From NCBI GenBank assembly GCA_003693705.1, contig RBZT01000809.1, positions 1 to 64,000 of the forward strand: DNA of 64,000 nucleotides, in the 5' to 3' direction. The notes below the pieces were generated by a model. It did no database searches. It saw nothing but the letters and a program-made list of their open reading frames with translations, and was not told the origin of the DNA. Below are positions 24,966 through 37,352 of this stretch, in pieces (positions within the stretch are counted from its first letter, which is position 1; each line of letters starts with the position of its first letter). Source of the DNA: Polymyxa betae A26-41 (Eukaryota; Protista; Endomyxa: Phytomyxea). A program made the translations under genes and the position numbers.

Positions 24966-27541
24966 ATGCTTGCAGAACCAATTAATGCTAACGAGGTCGC
25001 TGTTCGACGGATCAGCCACCAAGATCTATACCAAGTAAAACAAGCGGCCTCCTTACTAGCTGGAAACAGCGACCAGTTTCATCTTATTCGCCAATTTCAA
25101 TCTGGTCGAGGAGTTACGTTCATCGCCAGTGAACACCTACAATCTCGGTCGCTTGCCATCGTCTTTCATGCATCTCGGCATCGGCTACGTCGCGATACTC
25201 CTCGCAAACCTCTCGAGGATACGCGCTGTACGTTCTTCGCCGACCATCTCGCTCTCTGGTCGTCTTTATGCGACGCTGTTGACGAGGTTTTTGCTGAATG
25301 GATGTTCCAGCATCAGGATTCGTCAATCTTACTAACAGGATATGCTACTGGTGCAGCGCTCGCTATGATCGAGGCAGCTCGTATCAAATGCTGTCGCCAA
25401 CTCGGTCCCGATCGTCTGCAGGTCGTCACGTTCGGATGCCCACCATTAGGCTCTCCGACAGTCCTGCCTGAGCTTCTGCCGCAATCAATTCATATCGCCT
25501 GTACTTATGCACATGTTGACGAAGGCGGGAAGATTCTGTATCTTTTGAATTCTGAATTCTGGGATTCTCGCCCGAATCATGCCAACTGTCCAGTTTTGGA
25601 TCGGAAAGATTATATCGAAGCATGTTCGGAGTGGGATGGCCAAGTTCGCTCTCAGCTTGTTCCACAAAGGAAATCCATACTTTCCGAACCGGTTGACGCG
25701 AGCAAAGATCGCGATCTTATCGTGCAGTGTGTCCGTGTTTGCAATATGACCAGTTCGACAATGCTAAACCAGGAATGTATACGTTTGGTGAAGCTAGGGA
25801 ATGGTTCCCAAATCGCTTTCATCAACAGCGATGCGGCTTTTATTATTGCTCTAAGCGTCGACGGTCGCATAGAATCTGACATTGACCCCTTCTCGGATAG
25901 TCTGGTGCCCTGGTCTGATGATTACCCTAAAGAGCTTGTTATGGAGGAAGTTATGGAGCTATGGAAACCCTTGATTGATGACATTATGCATTCTACATTG
26001 CTCGATTGGGTTAAAGCTGATCCGAGAAAGCATGTCGCAGTCACCGGGTAAGAAAACCTGATCTTTGCTGGAATCAGCCGGTTAACAATTATTCTGATTT
26101 GGAACTTTAGATTCGGTCTTGGAGCCTGCTTAGCTGGAGTTACTGCCAGATTGCTGGAAGATCGCTTGGGAAAAACGGCTCTAAAGGAACGCCTAGCGCT
26201 TGTTCTCTTTGGATGCCCACCGGTCTGGTCTTCTGATTTCGTTCGACATTGTATGATTAGAATACCTCGAACGTACCGAATCGTCTATGAGCGCGACTAC
26301 CTTGCGACTGTCGTATCTGTTTCTGGAAGAGAGCATCTCGGGAAGATTCTGCATGTAAGGAATTCGCGATGTACAGATGACGATGTCTAAGTTTCGTAGT
26401 TTCGTGATAGCGGGTTAGTTTGTGATGATTTCTGGAGCGTCTGGCGATCTCCTAATAAGGACCATTCCGATATTGAGCGATACCGAGCTCAAGTATTGGC
26501 TTGGGATGGCGCCATCAAACGCGCGAGGAAGATTCGTCGAAAAAGGCGCTCCATTCGCAAACTCATCGCGGATGATCCCAATCATCCTGTCCTGGTTGAC
26601 ATGGCTGAATTATCGAATCTAGTTTATGAGGACGAGCCGATAATCAGGTCGATTCTCAGCGACATTCAGGCAACTCGCCCGATGCGTTTAGTTGCCTTTC
26701 TGACATCGGACGAAGATTGTGAAGTTGGAATATTTCGTTATGGGATTGAGGGTGACGATGATTGTGATTTGGCAATCGTATTTCGAGGATCGTCATCAGT
26801 GAAAGACGTTTACCATGATTTATCGATATCGCCTGTTCCATTTGAGGATATCTTTGAAGAAGGAGACGATGCCCGAGTTCACCAGGGCTTCTTAACACAA
26901 TTTCTATCGGTTCGAGGCCAGATCGACGAAATCATGAATGTAAAAGTTACTTTTAAATTTGTTTCATCGCTCGACTGAATTTATCTTTTCCAGAAGTATA
27001 ACCTAATCAGTAGAAGAATCATTGTCGCTGGTCATTCTCTGGGTGCAGCCAATTCCATTTTGTGCTCAATGCATCTTGAATATAATTACGATTTGAACGA
27101 TCGGTTGATCCAAATCGGATTTGGTGGAGCTCGCGTTGGGAACGCCAGATTTCGTCAAGTATTCCGATCAATGGTAATGATTTGCTTATCGACCAAGCCG
27201 CTATGAATTCACCAACAGCTAATTAGGTTCGTAATTCATATACTGTGATTAACGACAACGACCTTGTATCTGGAAGCTTGAACTTCAGTGTGTTTGGTCA
27301 TGTTGGGAAAATTCTGCATATTAGACCGACAACGAACCATCTGTTTGATGGCGTCCCGCCGGATTGGTCGCCTTATTCAGTCGCCGATCATAGCATTTTA
27401 AATTATATCGAACGACTTCGGAAATGGTCGGGACGCGTGATCTCGTGTCCAGAAAACGAATTTATCATCAGACGCCCTAGCGCATACCAAGATTCTGCTC
27501 CATTCACTCCCTTCGAAATTCTGTGCACATTTGCCGATTGA
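24966..27541 (+). CDS. Protein with three tandem class-3 lipase domains
   Basis: Nucleophile elbows TGYATG, TG|FGLG and AGHSLG, each followed by FGCPP or FGGAR. Domain 3 has VFRGS, VHQGF, NDNDLV and DHSILNY. Start uncertain. Confidence 0.8.
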
Positions 27542-27634
27542 GGTTTCTAAAAAAAACTCAAACAAAAAATAAAAAAAAGGTTGTCGTCGAGTGCTGCGCA
27601 GCAGAGTGTCGAAGCTCCTGTATTATCCGGCACC

Positions 27635-28597
27635 ATGTCTGAAGAGGTCGGTGGCGCCCTGAATTTTTATTACGCCCCTGATATGATGAAATTCGCAGAA
27701 GCATCGCCCATATATCCCCATTCAGACACGGGACGAAGCTGTAGCCGCTTTGGCTGCTCGTGATGCGCTAAGGGAGGCCAGGAATGCAGAGAGAAAGGTA
27801 GCTGTTATATTCAGTTTCGTGAAGCTGTAGTTAGAAGGCATAATAGGTCAATGTACTCTCACAAGCAATGGAGGAAACATCGCTTGAAGATCTACGCCGG
27901 GCACGACTCGCCGAACTACAAGCGAAAGCGGGCAAAGTACATCAATGGCGTGCGAATGGTCATGGTGCATACAGCGAAGTTGCAGATCAACGAGCTTGGT
28001 TTGATGCCACAAAGACAAGTGAAAGGGTGATTACACATTTCTATCGGCCAACCACTCCATTCTGTGAATTGGTCGACAAGCATCTGTCGGTTCTTGCTGC
28101 AAATCACATCGAGGCTAGATTCATCAGAATCAACGCTGAAAAAGCTCCATTTCTCGCTGATAGGCTGAATATTGTGACCATTCCAACTATTGTAATGACA
28201 TCTGATGGGTTGGTGGCCAGTTATTTTACCGCTAACGCTAACTCATTGCTTTTTGCTCTATCGATTGAAACAGATCGAGAAATTTGTCCTAAATTTGTTT
28301 CTCACTTTACTTGGTTTAACAATGGTTTTACAAACGTCATCAACTGAAACAAGACTTAGAACTGTTAAAGACCGAATAATTGGATTTGAAGGCATCGCGA
28401 AACTGGATAAATGCAGCAGTGAAGACTTCGAAAGGCGTTTGGCTCTGAATGGTATGATCGACTATGATGGCGATCCTCGTGGCAAGAGTACAGGGAAAGA
28501 GAAAAAACTTGTTAATCTCATCCGAAAGAGTACTCTCGCTAAAACTTCCTTTGAAGGTGCTACTGATTCTGAAGACGGTGAATCGGACGACGATTAG
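27635..28597 (+). CDS. TXNDC9: Phosducin-like 3 / thioredoxin domain-containing protein 9
   Basis: LRRARLAEL..GHGAYSEV..VITHFYRPTTPFCELVDKHL..INAEKAPFL..DRIIGFE. Confidence 0.9.
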
Positions 28598-28909
28598 ATA
28601 GCGGCTTAGCTTCTTTCGATGTATAATACAGCCCTGACATTAACCGCCAAAAAATTTGATCAGGCTACCTGGCATGATACATCCGCGATTTTGAAAAAGA
28701 TCGGTTTCATTTTAAGAAACTGTTTTGGTACCAACGAAAGGTCGACTCGGTTGTCTACCACAACTCGCTATCTGATCTACCACAAATACTATCATTGCCT
28801 TTATAAATCCCATCAACACCTGTAGGTACATCAGAGGGCAGCGCCGCTACACTTCTTGAAATCGCGTTGTTTCCTCCACTCGTCGTCCCTCTCAAGACCA
28901 TTAATCAGG

Positions 28910-30271
28910 ATGGGTGGCGGGAACAGTGAAAGCGGTGGTGCTAAACGCCATCCGATTAAATCGCTGGTGTCGGGAGGCTTAGCTGGCGGTATTGAGGTCT
29001 GCGACCCGAATGGGACTTCGAATATCGACTAAATTCTATTTAGATTATTTGCATGTACCCAACTGAATATTGTAAAACCCAGCTGCAGCTTGATCGTAAT
29101 ACTGGAGCAAACCGAAGATTTACAGGATCGTTCGATGTCATCCGTAAAACAATGAAAACCCATGGATTTCGGGGTCTTTATCGAGGTAAATTACACAGAT
29201 GTTTTTTATTTGGAAATCCATCCTGATTCAAATTAAGGAATGTCTTCTTTGCTTTATGGCTCCGTTCCAAAGAGTGCAGTTCGATTTGGATTTTTTGATG
29301 CCATGCGAAACTTGTTAATGGATTCCAATGGGCAACTTTCCCGAACCAACACGCTTCTTGCCGGTATGGGAGCCGGTGTTGCAGAAGCTATAGTGATTGT
29401 TACTCCAATGGAAACTGTTAAGGTCAGTATTTGGGCGGTTGCACATTCATATGATTAACAACCTCTTTAGGTGAAACTGGTTCACGACTTAACTCGTGAT
29501 GTTCCAAGATATCGTCCAGGAATTCGTGGTATCGCTCAAGTTTGCCAAGAGGTACAAATGACAACCATCTTGGTGATATCGACCCCTCATTACTACTTTA
29601 GGAGGGGGTTCGTGGTGTTTACAAAGGATTGACACCCACAGTGTTGAAGCAAGGAAGCAACCAGATGATCCGGTTTTTCGTGTTCGGCGAACTGAAGAAA
29701 TACTTCCAAAACGGAGACCGTAATGCTGATATTGGGTTAGTGAAAAAGGATCTGGTATCTGCAATCTCTTATAAAATTGCAGGCCTTTTAAAACAGCACT
29801 CTGCGGTGGTCTTGCGGGAGTGAGTTATTGTAGTTAATGCAATTCGACGTCGTTTGAACTTTGGTAGGCTGCCAGTGTTTTCGGCAACACTCCAATCGAT
29901 GTTGTAAAGTAAGTGAATTCATTCGCATCACTTGAACTGAAAGAACTTATTGCCTTTGATAGATCACGTATGCAAGGTTTAGATTCGGCTCAGTATAAGA
30001 ACACCTGGGACTGTATAAAAGCGATTGCCAAGGAAGAAGGGTTTTCCGGCTTTTATAAAGTAAATCTAACTCGCATGGAAGATCAGGGAATATCTCAAAG
30101 TTAATAGGGCACTCTTCCTCGTCTTGGCCGAGTTTGTGGTGATGTCGCTCTTGTATTTACCTTGGTGGACCTTATCAACAAGTAATGCTCGTTTGTTGAT
30201 CACGCCATTAAACTGATACCATCTTTCACAGGGGTTTAGATAAGGTCTGGGACACAAGTGATTATAAATGA
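28910..30271 (+). CDS. SLC25A1: Mitochondrial carrier, citrate/tricarboxylate transporter-like, many short exons
   Basis: [56 protein letters not shown]. Confidence 0.88.
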
Positions 30272-30420
30272 GCAGCCTCTGCTCTTATCCATTGTCCGCC
30301 TCCAATATACAACCGAATTGCTGAAATGATAAATAAAAGAACTGTCTTAATTTGTAAGTGATAAAATCAATTGCTTGTATTTATTGCAATATAAAATTGA
30401 AATGGCTAACAAAAGTTTTC

Positions 30421-31353
30421 TTAAATTGTCATCATTCACAATGATCAGCACTGCGAAGGTTGAAAGATTTTCGAGCATTCGGAGACCGAATTATAAAATA
30501 AACTGTCACTTATCAGAGCGATAGGTGATATCAAATACCAGGTGCTTACCTCCGACGAATGAGAAGAACATAGTCCAGAATAAATGCATTTCCTTGATCA
30601 TTGTTTGGCGATCTTAGCAGGAATTAATCAAAGCATAGGTCCAGACAAGAAATTACTCACTTCTCATGAGTACAAGAGAGAAAGCGCAAGCTGTCAAACC
30701 AGTTAATAAGCTTTGCATTTTGGTCAAGATTGGCTTTGCTAATAGTTGCATGCACAGAACAGCACCAGTTAATCTACAACGAGTATCACCAAAAAGCAGA
30801 TGACGCCAGTTCTAATATGAGCGAACCCATAAAGTCGACCGAAGAAAACAACATTCGAATGAACGCTTTGGTCGGTCTCCCGAAGCAGAATTCCAGCAAC
30901 AGTTAGCGGAGCAGCGAAGAGGTAAAGGCAGTTACAAAGCAGAAACCAGCCATAAGCCTTGGTGAAGCGCGGGTTGGGTCCACCGTAATAGAGTTTCTTC
31001 TCTGCACCGACGGCACTTTGGACAGTTCCAGGCTCGCGTCGCCCTGACGCAGGACGATATGAGACCGCCATCCCAAAGGCCAGCAACGAGGTGACAATGT
31101 GGAAACATTGACAGGGCCGGGCTGCGTTGCGTTCCGCCACAGGTCAGGTCAAAATGACATCTCACTTTGCTTACCAGGGTGGGTTGTTAGATTTACTTGG
31201 CCATGGCAAATTGGATTCATGATTCGCCAAGGCAATGGTGATTGCTTCGGAATCTAAACTGTCGGCACAACCTCTTGTATTTGGTTCTGATGATTGGTCT
31301 GGTTGCGCTGTCGTGCTGCTGGATGCTTTGTTTGTAGTGCTGTTGTTTTGCAA
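30421..31353 (-). CDS. Hypothetical multi-pass membrane protein (exon structure uncertain)
   Basis: Hydrophobic segments (AYGWFLLCNCLYLFAAPLTVAGILL; MHLFWTMFFSFVG) and several GTAAG/GTGAG donors. Confidence 0.4.
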
Positions 31354-31362
31354 TGCGTCAGG

Positions 31363-32103
31363 TTATTTGGTGTATTTTTCAGTGGCCAAAGAAGATCCGA
31401 CATCTTGATATGTCTTAATGAGCAAATAGGTTTTCTGCAAAACTTTTAGTTCGTTTACTTTCCCGGATACCAAAATCTCGAGAAGAAAGCTCTCTGCGCT
31501 CTTCTTATTCACTCGTCTTAAGAACTGAACTGCCTCTGGAATTGTCATTGATATCAGTTCTTCGAGTTGCGTGAATTCTTTGTAACCAGGGCAGGTTCTC
31601 TTTATGAATATGTGCAAAGTTTCCTCTTCGAATATGCTCTCCAATGGTCGTTCATGCAAGAGCCGGAAAGCCTCGGCAATTATACGAGTGTCACTTTCCT
31701 TTTCCCAATGATAACCGAACTGGGTGTAATAGCACATTGGAGAAGACCCTTTCGGTGCCAGTAGGCTTAAAAGCAGAAGGGATCTGATCCTTAATGAATC
31801 CTGCTGATTCCTGTTAAACCGTAGTGCCGATTCATCGTAGAGACGTATTTCCCTGGCCCCATGCTTAAACGCCATTCGATCGACAATTTTCAATATTGTT
31901 CTTCCACTCGGGCCGAAAGGAATGGAGTGAAGCCAGCTGAGAGTCCAACTTGATTGCTGCTGCTTGGGACGTTTCAGTTCTAAAATAATCTTGGCAGTTG
32001 GATCTCTTAGAACAGCAACTTCACAGTCTTCCAATAAGCAATCGGAAAATGTTAATGAATTCACTAGCCGCTCCACCTCGTCGCAGGGAACCTCATCTAC
32101 CAT
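31363..32103 (-). CDS. Intronless 246-aa orphan protein with GNAT-like pattern
   Basis: Open ORF containing SGRTILKIVDRMAFKHGAREIRLYDES...YYTQFGY. Confidence 0.6.
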   Translation of the reverse strand: MVDEVPCDEVERLVNSLTFSDCLLEDCEVAVLRDPTAKIILELKRPKQQQSSWTLSWLHSIPFGPSGRTILKIVDRMAFKHGAREIRLYDESALRFNRNQQDSLRIRSLLLLSLLAPKGSSPMCYYTQFGYHWEKESDTRIIAEAFRLLHERPLESIFEEETLHIFIKRTCPGYKEFTQLEELISMTIPEAVQFLRRVNKKSAESFLLEILVSGKVNELKVLQKTYLLIKTYQDVGSSLATEKYTK

Positions 32104-32577
32104 GGCCGTTTGAATGGATCAAAGATTTGTTCTTGCTGGCGATTTCAGATTTCACATTGGGTTGAACATTCTGTGACTTTTTTAATGCAATCCAGGGTCA
32201 TTGCCAACACAGCATGAGAATATCTGATTACGCTTAGTGTCTCTATAGTCTTCCTGAACCGAAATACTCTTAGAGCTACTTCGCTACATACCTTCCTACA
32301 AAACGTATAAGCTGGGAATTTGATAAGCAAGTTATGTTTGGTGTTATGCAGGATTCAATTTTTAGGCCAATGCCGTAAGTTTTATAACATCTTGAATTGA
32401 GATAAAAAGCTCTTTGCCGCCATTATGTAGGCTTTGTTTAAAATGTGGAATGAAGAGAAGAACCAGATGTCTGGACGTGACAAACAGGATTAGTGGAGCG
32501 GAGCACCTAAAACTTTCGGATGGCAGGCGAAAGTCCGTCACGGAGCTCCCTTTCTGTCATCATCATCATCATCAACC

Positions 32578-34107
32578 ATGTCTGCTCGCGACGAAAGTAT
32601 CAGCTCTGCCGGCTCTTCCGTAGAAGAAGAAGCTCAGCAGCAGCAGGTCGATATTATAGTTTCCGTTCTGTTATCAAACTCACTTTCTTGAAGGTTGATG
32701 AGACCTTGAACAACCAGGACGTGGTGACAAAATATCGAACGGCTGCTGATATTGCCCAACGAGTCCTGCAGAAAGTTGTTGGAGCTGCCAAGCCTGGTGT
32801 TAAGGTCCTTCAACTTTGCCAAGTTGGAGATGCCTTAATTCAACGAGAGGTTTCTTTATATCGGCATGCCAGTAGTCATGTGATTCATTTCTCTACAGAC
32901 AGCTGCAGTTTACAACAAGGCTTATGGCCCGAATAAGGTGAAGCTAGAAAAGGGTGTAGCATTCCCTACCTGTATCTCCATCAACAACGTTGTCTGTCAT
33001 TTCTCTCCTCTCGTTGGGGACGAGACTGAAATTCAGCAAGGCGACCTAGTAAAGACTGACATGGGTGTTCACATCGACGGGTTTGTTCGCTTTTTACGCT
33101 CTTTCGATATTTCCTCTTTTCTATTCTGTTCCTTCTATATGTGCCGATATTTTCTCGCTTCGAAGTTTCCGTTTTCGAATGTATTGTATATTTGGCTGTT
33201 TCTGTGGGACACGTTTTCAGTTTCTGCCGTAGGTACGCTGCCGCTGTTGCCCACACCTTTGTCGTTGGAGCTGAAGAAATCACGGGCCGAGCTGCCGATG
33301 TTATGCTTGCAGCTTATTACGCTTCCGAGCTTGTGGCTCGTACTCTGGTGTCTGGAAATACTAATGCCCAGTGCACTGAGATCACTGAGAAGGTCGCCAA
33401 AGACTTCAACTGCCAGGCAATTCAGGGCGTTGTCTGCCATAATATGAGCCGTAACGTTCTTGCTGGCAAGAAGGTATTATGTGATTATTTTCTTTTTGTT
33501 TTGGTTAAAATTTCTCTTAGGAAATCCTCTCCCGAACTGATACTGGGCATAAAGTTGATGCTTGCACAATTGAGCCTTTAGATATTTGGTCGATTGATAT
33601 TCAGATGTCTACTGGTGAGGGCAAGCCTAAAGAGCTTAACAAGACCACCACTGTCTTCGTTCGGAAACCCGATGTCAACTACAAGTTGAAGATGCAGGCA
33701 TCACGATTCGTTGCTTCTGAGATTAAAAACCGATTCGGAGCCTTCCCATTCACCATCCGAAGCATTGAAGACAAACGTGCTAAGCTTGGTATCGCAGAGT
33801 GCAAGACCCATGGCCTCGTTGAAGCCTATCCTGTTGTTGAGGAGAAATCAGGTATCACTCGGTGGTTTCTACTGAATCAATTTTCTTGATTGTTGCTGTT
33901 GCAGAGGACCTTGTGGCGCAGTTCAAATTCACTGCTTTATTGATGCCTTCTGGTATTTTGAAGATCACCGGTCTGCCTGTTGACGTATCTAAGATCAAGT
34001 CTGAACATAAGATCTCGGATGAAGCGTTGGTTAAGCTTCTCGAGCAGCCTCTTCGCGAAAAAAAGAAGGACAAGAAGAAGAAGAATGCAGCTGCTGCCCA
34101 GGCGTAA
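32578..34107 (+). CDS. PA2G4: Proliferation-associated 2G4 / Ebp1 (M24 fold)
   Basis: [59 protein letters not shown] and a Lys-rich tail. Confidence 0.95.
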
Positions 34108-34455
34108 TGTTTTTCATTTCAGATTATATACACATTAACATGTCAATAATATCAATCGTTGCTTGTCCTACAGTAACCATTTCTTGCTTCTAAAAGCACC
34201 CCATCTGCTTTTTAGGCTATCGTCTGCCTATCTAGTTCGCCGACGCTTGGAGGATACTTACTGTAATAATCATGTTCGTGTTACATGGACCTGACTGGAG
34301 TAATAATCATGTTCATGTTACATGAAGCTGGAGTCATGTCCAACCATCAGCTGCAACTTGCAAGGCTAGATCCCCCCACATTCCCTTCAAACTCCTTTCT
34401 ATTCGTAATTTGCCTTCATAGAACTATATCGCTGCTTTCGATAAAGCCTGCGAAT

Positions 34456-37252
34456 ATGGCACCTGACCTGCGTCTGTTCGTTATGCATTGCAATCTGGCG
34501 GAGTGGTTGCTTTACGGCGCCAATGGTGACTGCATGCTGCAATTGTTAAAAGCAGCTGAGAACACGAACGGGGCAGAAATCATTCTGTATATCGACATAA
34601 TGCTCTTGTTTGATTATGATCCTGATATGGTATAGTTTATCAGAGATTACTTGTCATTGAATGGCTTTTTAGGCTTCGAAATTTCTGTTCGATTTTGGAC
34701 AGATATATTTCGTTCTAAACGACGTCGTTCAAGCTTTCTTGCGATCGAAATTATTTTACACAGCTTCACAAAATCTTGAGAATCCGCTGGAACTTGTCGT
34801 TCGCTTCTGCAACTATCCATCTCCTCCACGGTTCCGTACGGTCAATGTTGTTTATCCATTCAAACTGACAATGCATAGGAAATTATGCCAACCGTCGCCA
34901 TCATCAACGAGATTCATCTCGTACCTTGGGCTGATTGTGGGCTACAGTGCACCAGAAGACATCGGGTCTGTAGTTTTGTGTAAATTCATCTGTTGGCTGT
35001 GCCTTTAAGTTTGACTATTTCGCTCTGTTGCCTGTTTTTTAAATTTTGCTCATTGTTTTCAGAAAGTCGCACTGTGATCCTTCCTCGTTTCAAACAATTC
35101 GGGTCCAGAGACTTCAATTAATGCCCAAGGTTCTCGACTTTGATTGGCCATATTCGCCTGTCTTATCCAGCACTAATCAGTGCGTTGCCATCATGGTTCT
35201 GTTTCCTGGTTGAATGTTTTCGCAGAGTTCACACACTTATTGTCGATCGCGAATACGTTGGAATGTTTCATCCTGGGCAGATGATCTCTGGTGTTGGAGA
35301 AATCGGTTTGGCAGGATTCTATAACGATCACATGTGGACGTTCACCAAAGCATCATCTAAGAAATGGTCCTTTTCGTTTCGGTATTTTGCCTTATCTCAA
35401 CCGGGTATAGCTTGTCTTTATCGGCGTTTATCATCTATGCAAATAGTGCCGTTATTGTTGAAAGAAGTATTGCATTACGCGGATGTGCTCGACGAGCTGC
35501 AATAAAGAAGACACCAATGTGCAATGATTCTCAATATGTATCATGTTCCCAGAGTTCAGCTTGGCTTTGTCAGCGAGATATGAGTTGTCGCAGCCCTTTG
35601 ATGAAAACAACGTTATTGTCTGAGAGCTCAGTTCAGACACAAAGTTCGAGTGACCTTCTTTTTTCGTTAGCATTCTAACGTCAACATTTAGTTTTCAAGG
35701 ACTGGTCGAAAACAGTCAACATGTTGTCCGAATTCGGAGGTGGTAGCTTTCTTAGTTTTTGTATCAAATGATTCATAGGTCTGTGTACAGAAGAGGTCGT
35801 CAACCAAACGAAATTTTTGAAAGCCAAATTGCTCTTGCTTTTGAGCCTTGTTTCTGAACCGAAGGCATCAAGCGTTTTGCCTAGATTGGAAGGATCTGGG
35901 AATCAAAGGTTTAAATAATTCTATTTAGACTTCTTGTCAATTGTAATGTCGGCAGATGGTGCGATAAAGGAGATGCTCAAAGGAGCTGCCGAGATTTTTC
36001 GTCGCAGCGTTCAGCTCGGAGTCTCCAAACAGATCATACATGGGACTGCATCAGTGATGAACAATTTAACGTTGCAGACCAAATTTCCCTGCTGTTCATT
36101 GGAAGCGATGATCGGCTATCACGATTGGTTTGAAAATCCAATCAATTGTATTATTATGAAAAATCATTTTTGTTTGAAAAGGTCAACTGGGCTTTTGAGC
36201 TCTATCCAGTCAAGTCTAAATTGACATTGTATTCGAACTCAAACAGTGTTGAAGCTATTCCAGAAGGGTCACTTCTTCTGATCCAGGGAAACACTTTGAC
36301 TAAGAAACCGCATTTAAACTTGGTCAATAAGCTGATCAAGACCTCTTCCCCAGACAATCCTAGGACTAGGTATGGGTTAAGCAAGCTCAGAAACCGAGTC
36401 GATTATTTTTTGGAAAAGATCATGCATCGCCTGGTGCATATTCCCAGATCAGTTGACATTGTCTGAAGTGAAACATCTTCAGACATTGGCGGCTCAAAGG
36501 TAATGGATGCGGTTTCTCTAATGATGTCTCCTTATATCGCAGTACCTTCCAATGTGTAATTCCCTCTTCAGCAGTTCTCGGTGCTGAATGTCATGATATT
36601 GCTGCTGATGAAGCTGACAGTTTTTTTAACGAAATTATGCGAAATGACACCAGATGCAGCACAATGCAGCCCAAGGGTTCATCATTTGCATACGTATAGT
36701 TTAGTGATTGGATAATGCTTCTAATAACATCTTCTGTAGAAATTAAATCAAGCGCGTTCGATCCAAACCAGGTCTCCAACCACTTCTGCCTGACGGCGAT
36801 CTCTAACCTGTTACAGCTTCAGCAAGTCATCTCGGGATCTGATCAAGGCGTTCTTCTTAACCTCCAGAATCAAAGCAGAATATTCATTGTAGGGGTTCTA
36901 ATCACGTAGCAATATTCATTTATATGATACAGGAAAGATCTCCATTTCATCATAAGATGTGCCAGAGCTCACGCCAGGCTCCATCTAAGGACTATTATGA
37001 ATATTACTGACGCCTTGGTTGGCATCATGCTTTTAGAAGAGACACGAATAGAAATTAATGAAGACGATCACAATGTTCTGGGATTCCCATCTAAACGTCT
37101 TGATCCGTATTCACTTCACTATGAGCAACGTTACGAAGGCAATTCCGTAAGAACGACTAGAATTAGTATCTGCTGTTTGTAAGTTCTTCTCAGAAACCGG
37201 CTCAATTTGTCCAGATGTATGCACATGTGATCTCCAAGATCCGGCAATATAA
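34456..37252 (+). CDS. MCMDC2: MCM-domain protein lacking ATPase motifs (MCMDC2-like), multi-exon
   Basis: MCM N-domain (LYIDIMLLFDYDPDM|ASKFL..VVRFCNYP), OB fold (FHPGQMISGVG), AKLLLLLSLVS, degenerate Walker A region and lid RAHARLHLRTIMNITDALVGIMLLEET. 3' end uncertain. Confidence 0.65.
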
Positions 37253-37352
37253 TAGTGAGTTCTGTGTCGATGAGGACGACGGCTTCAGAATCTGAACATT
37301 ATAGATTGTTGAGGATTTCTATTTAAATTAATAATTAGGTTTGAACATAGAA

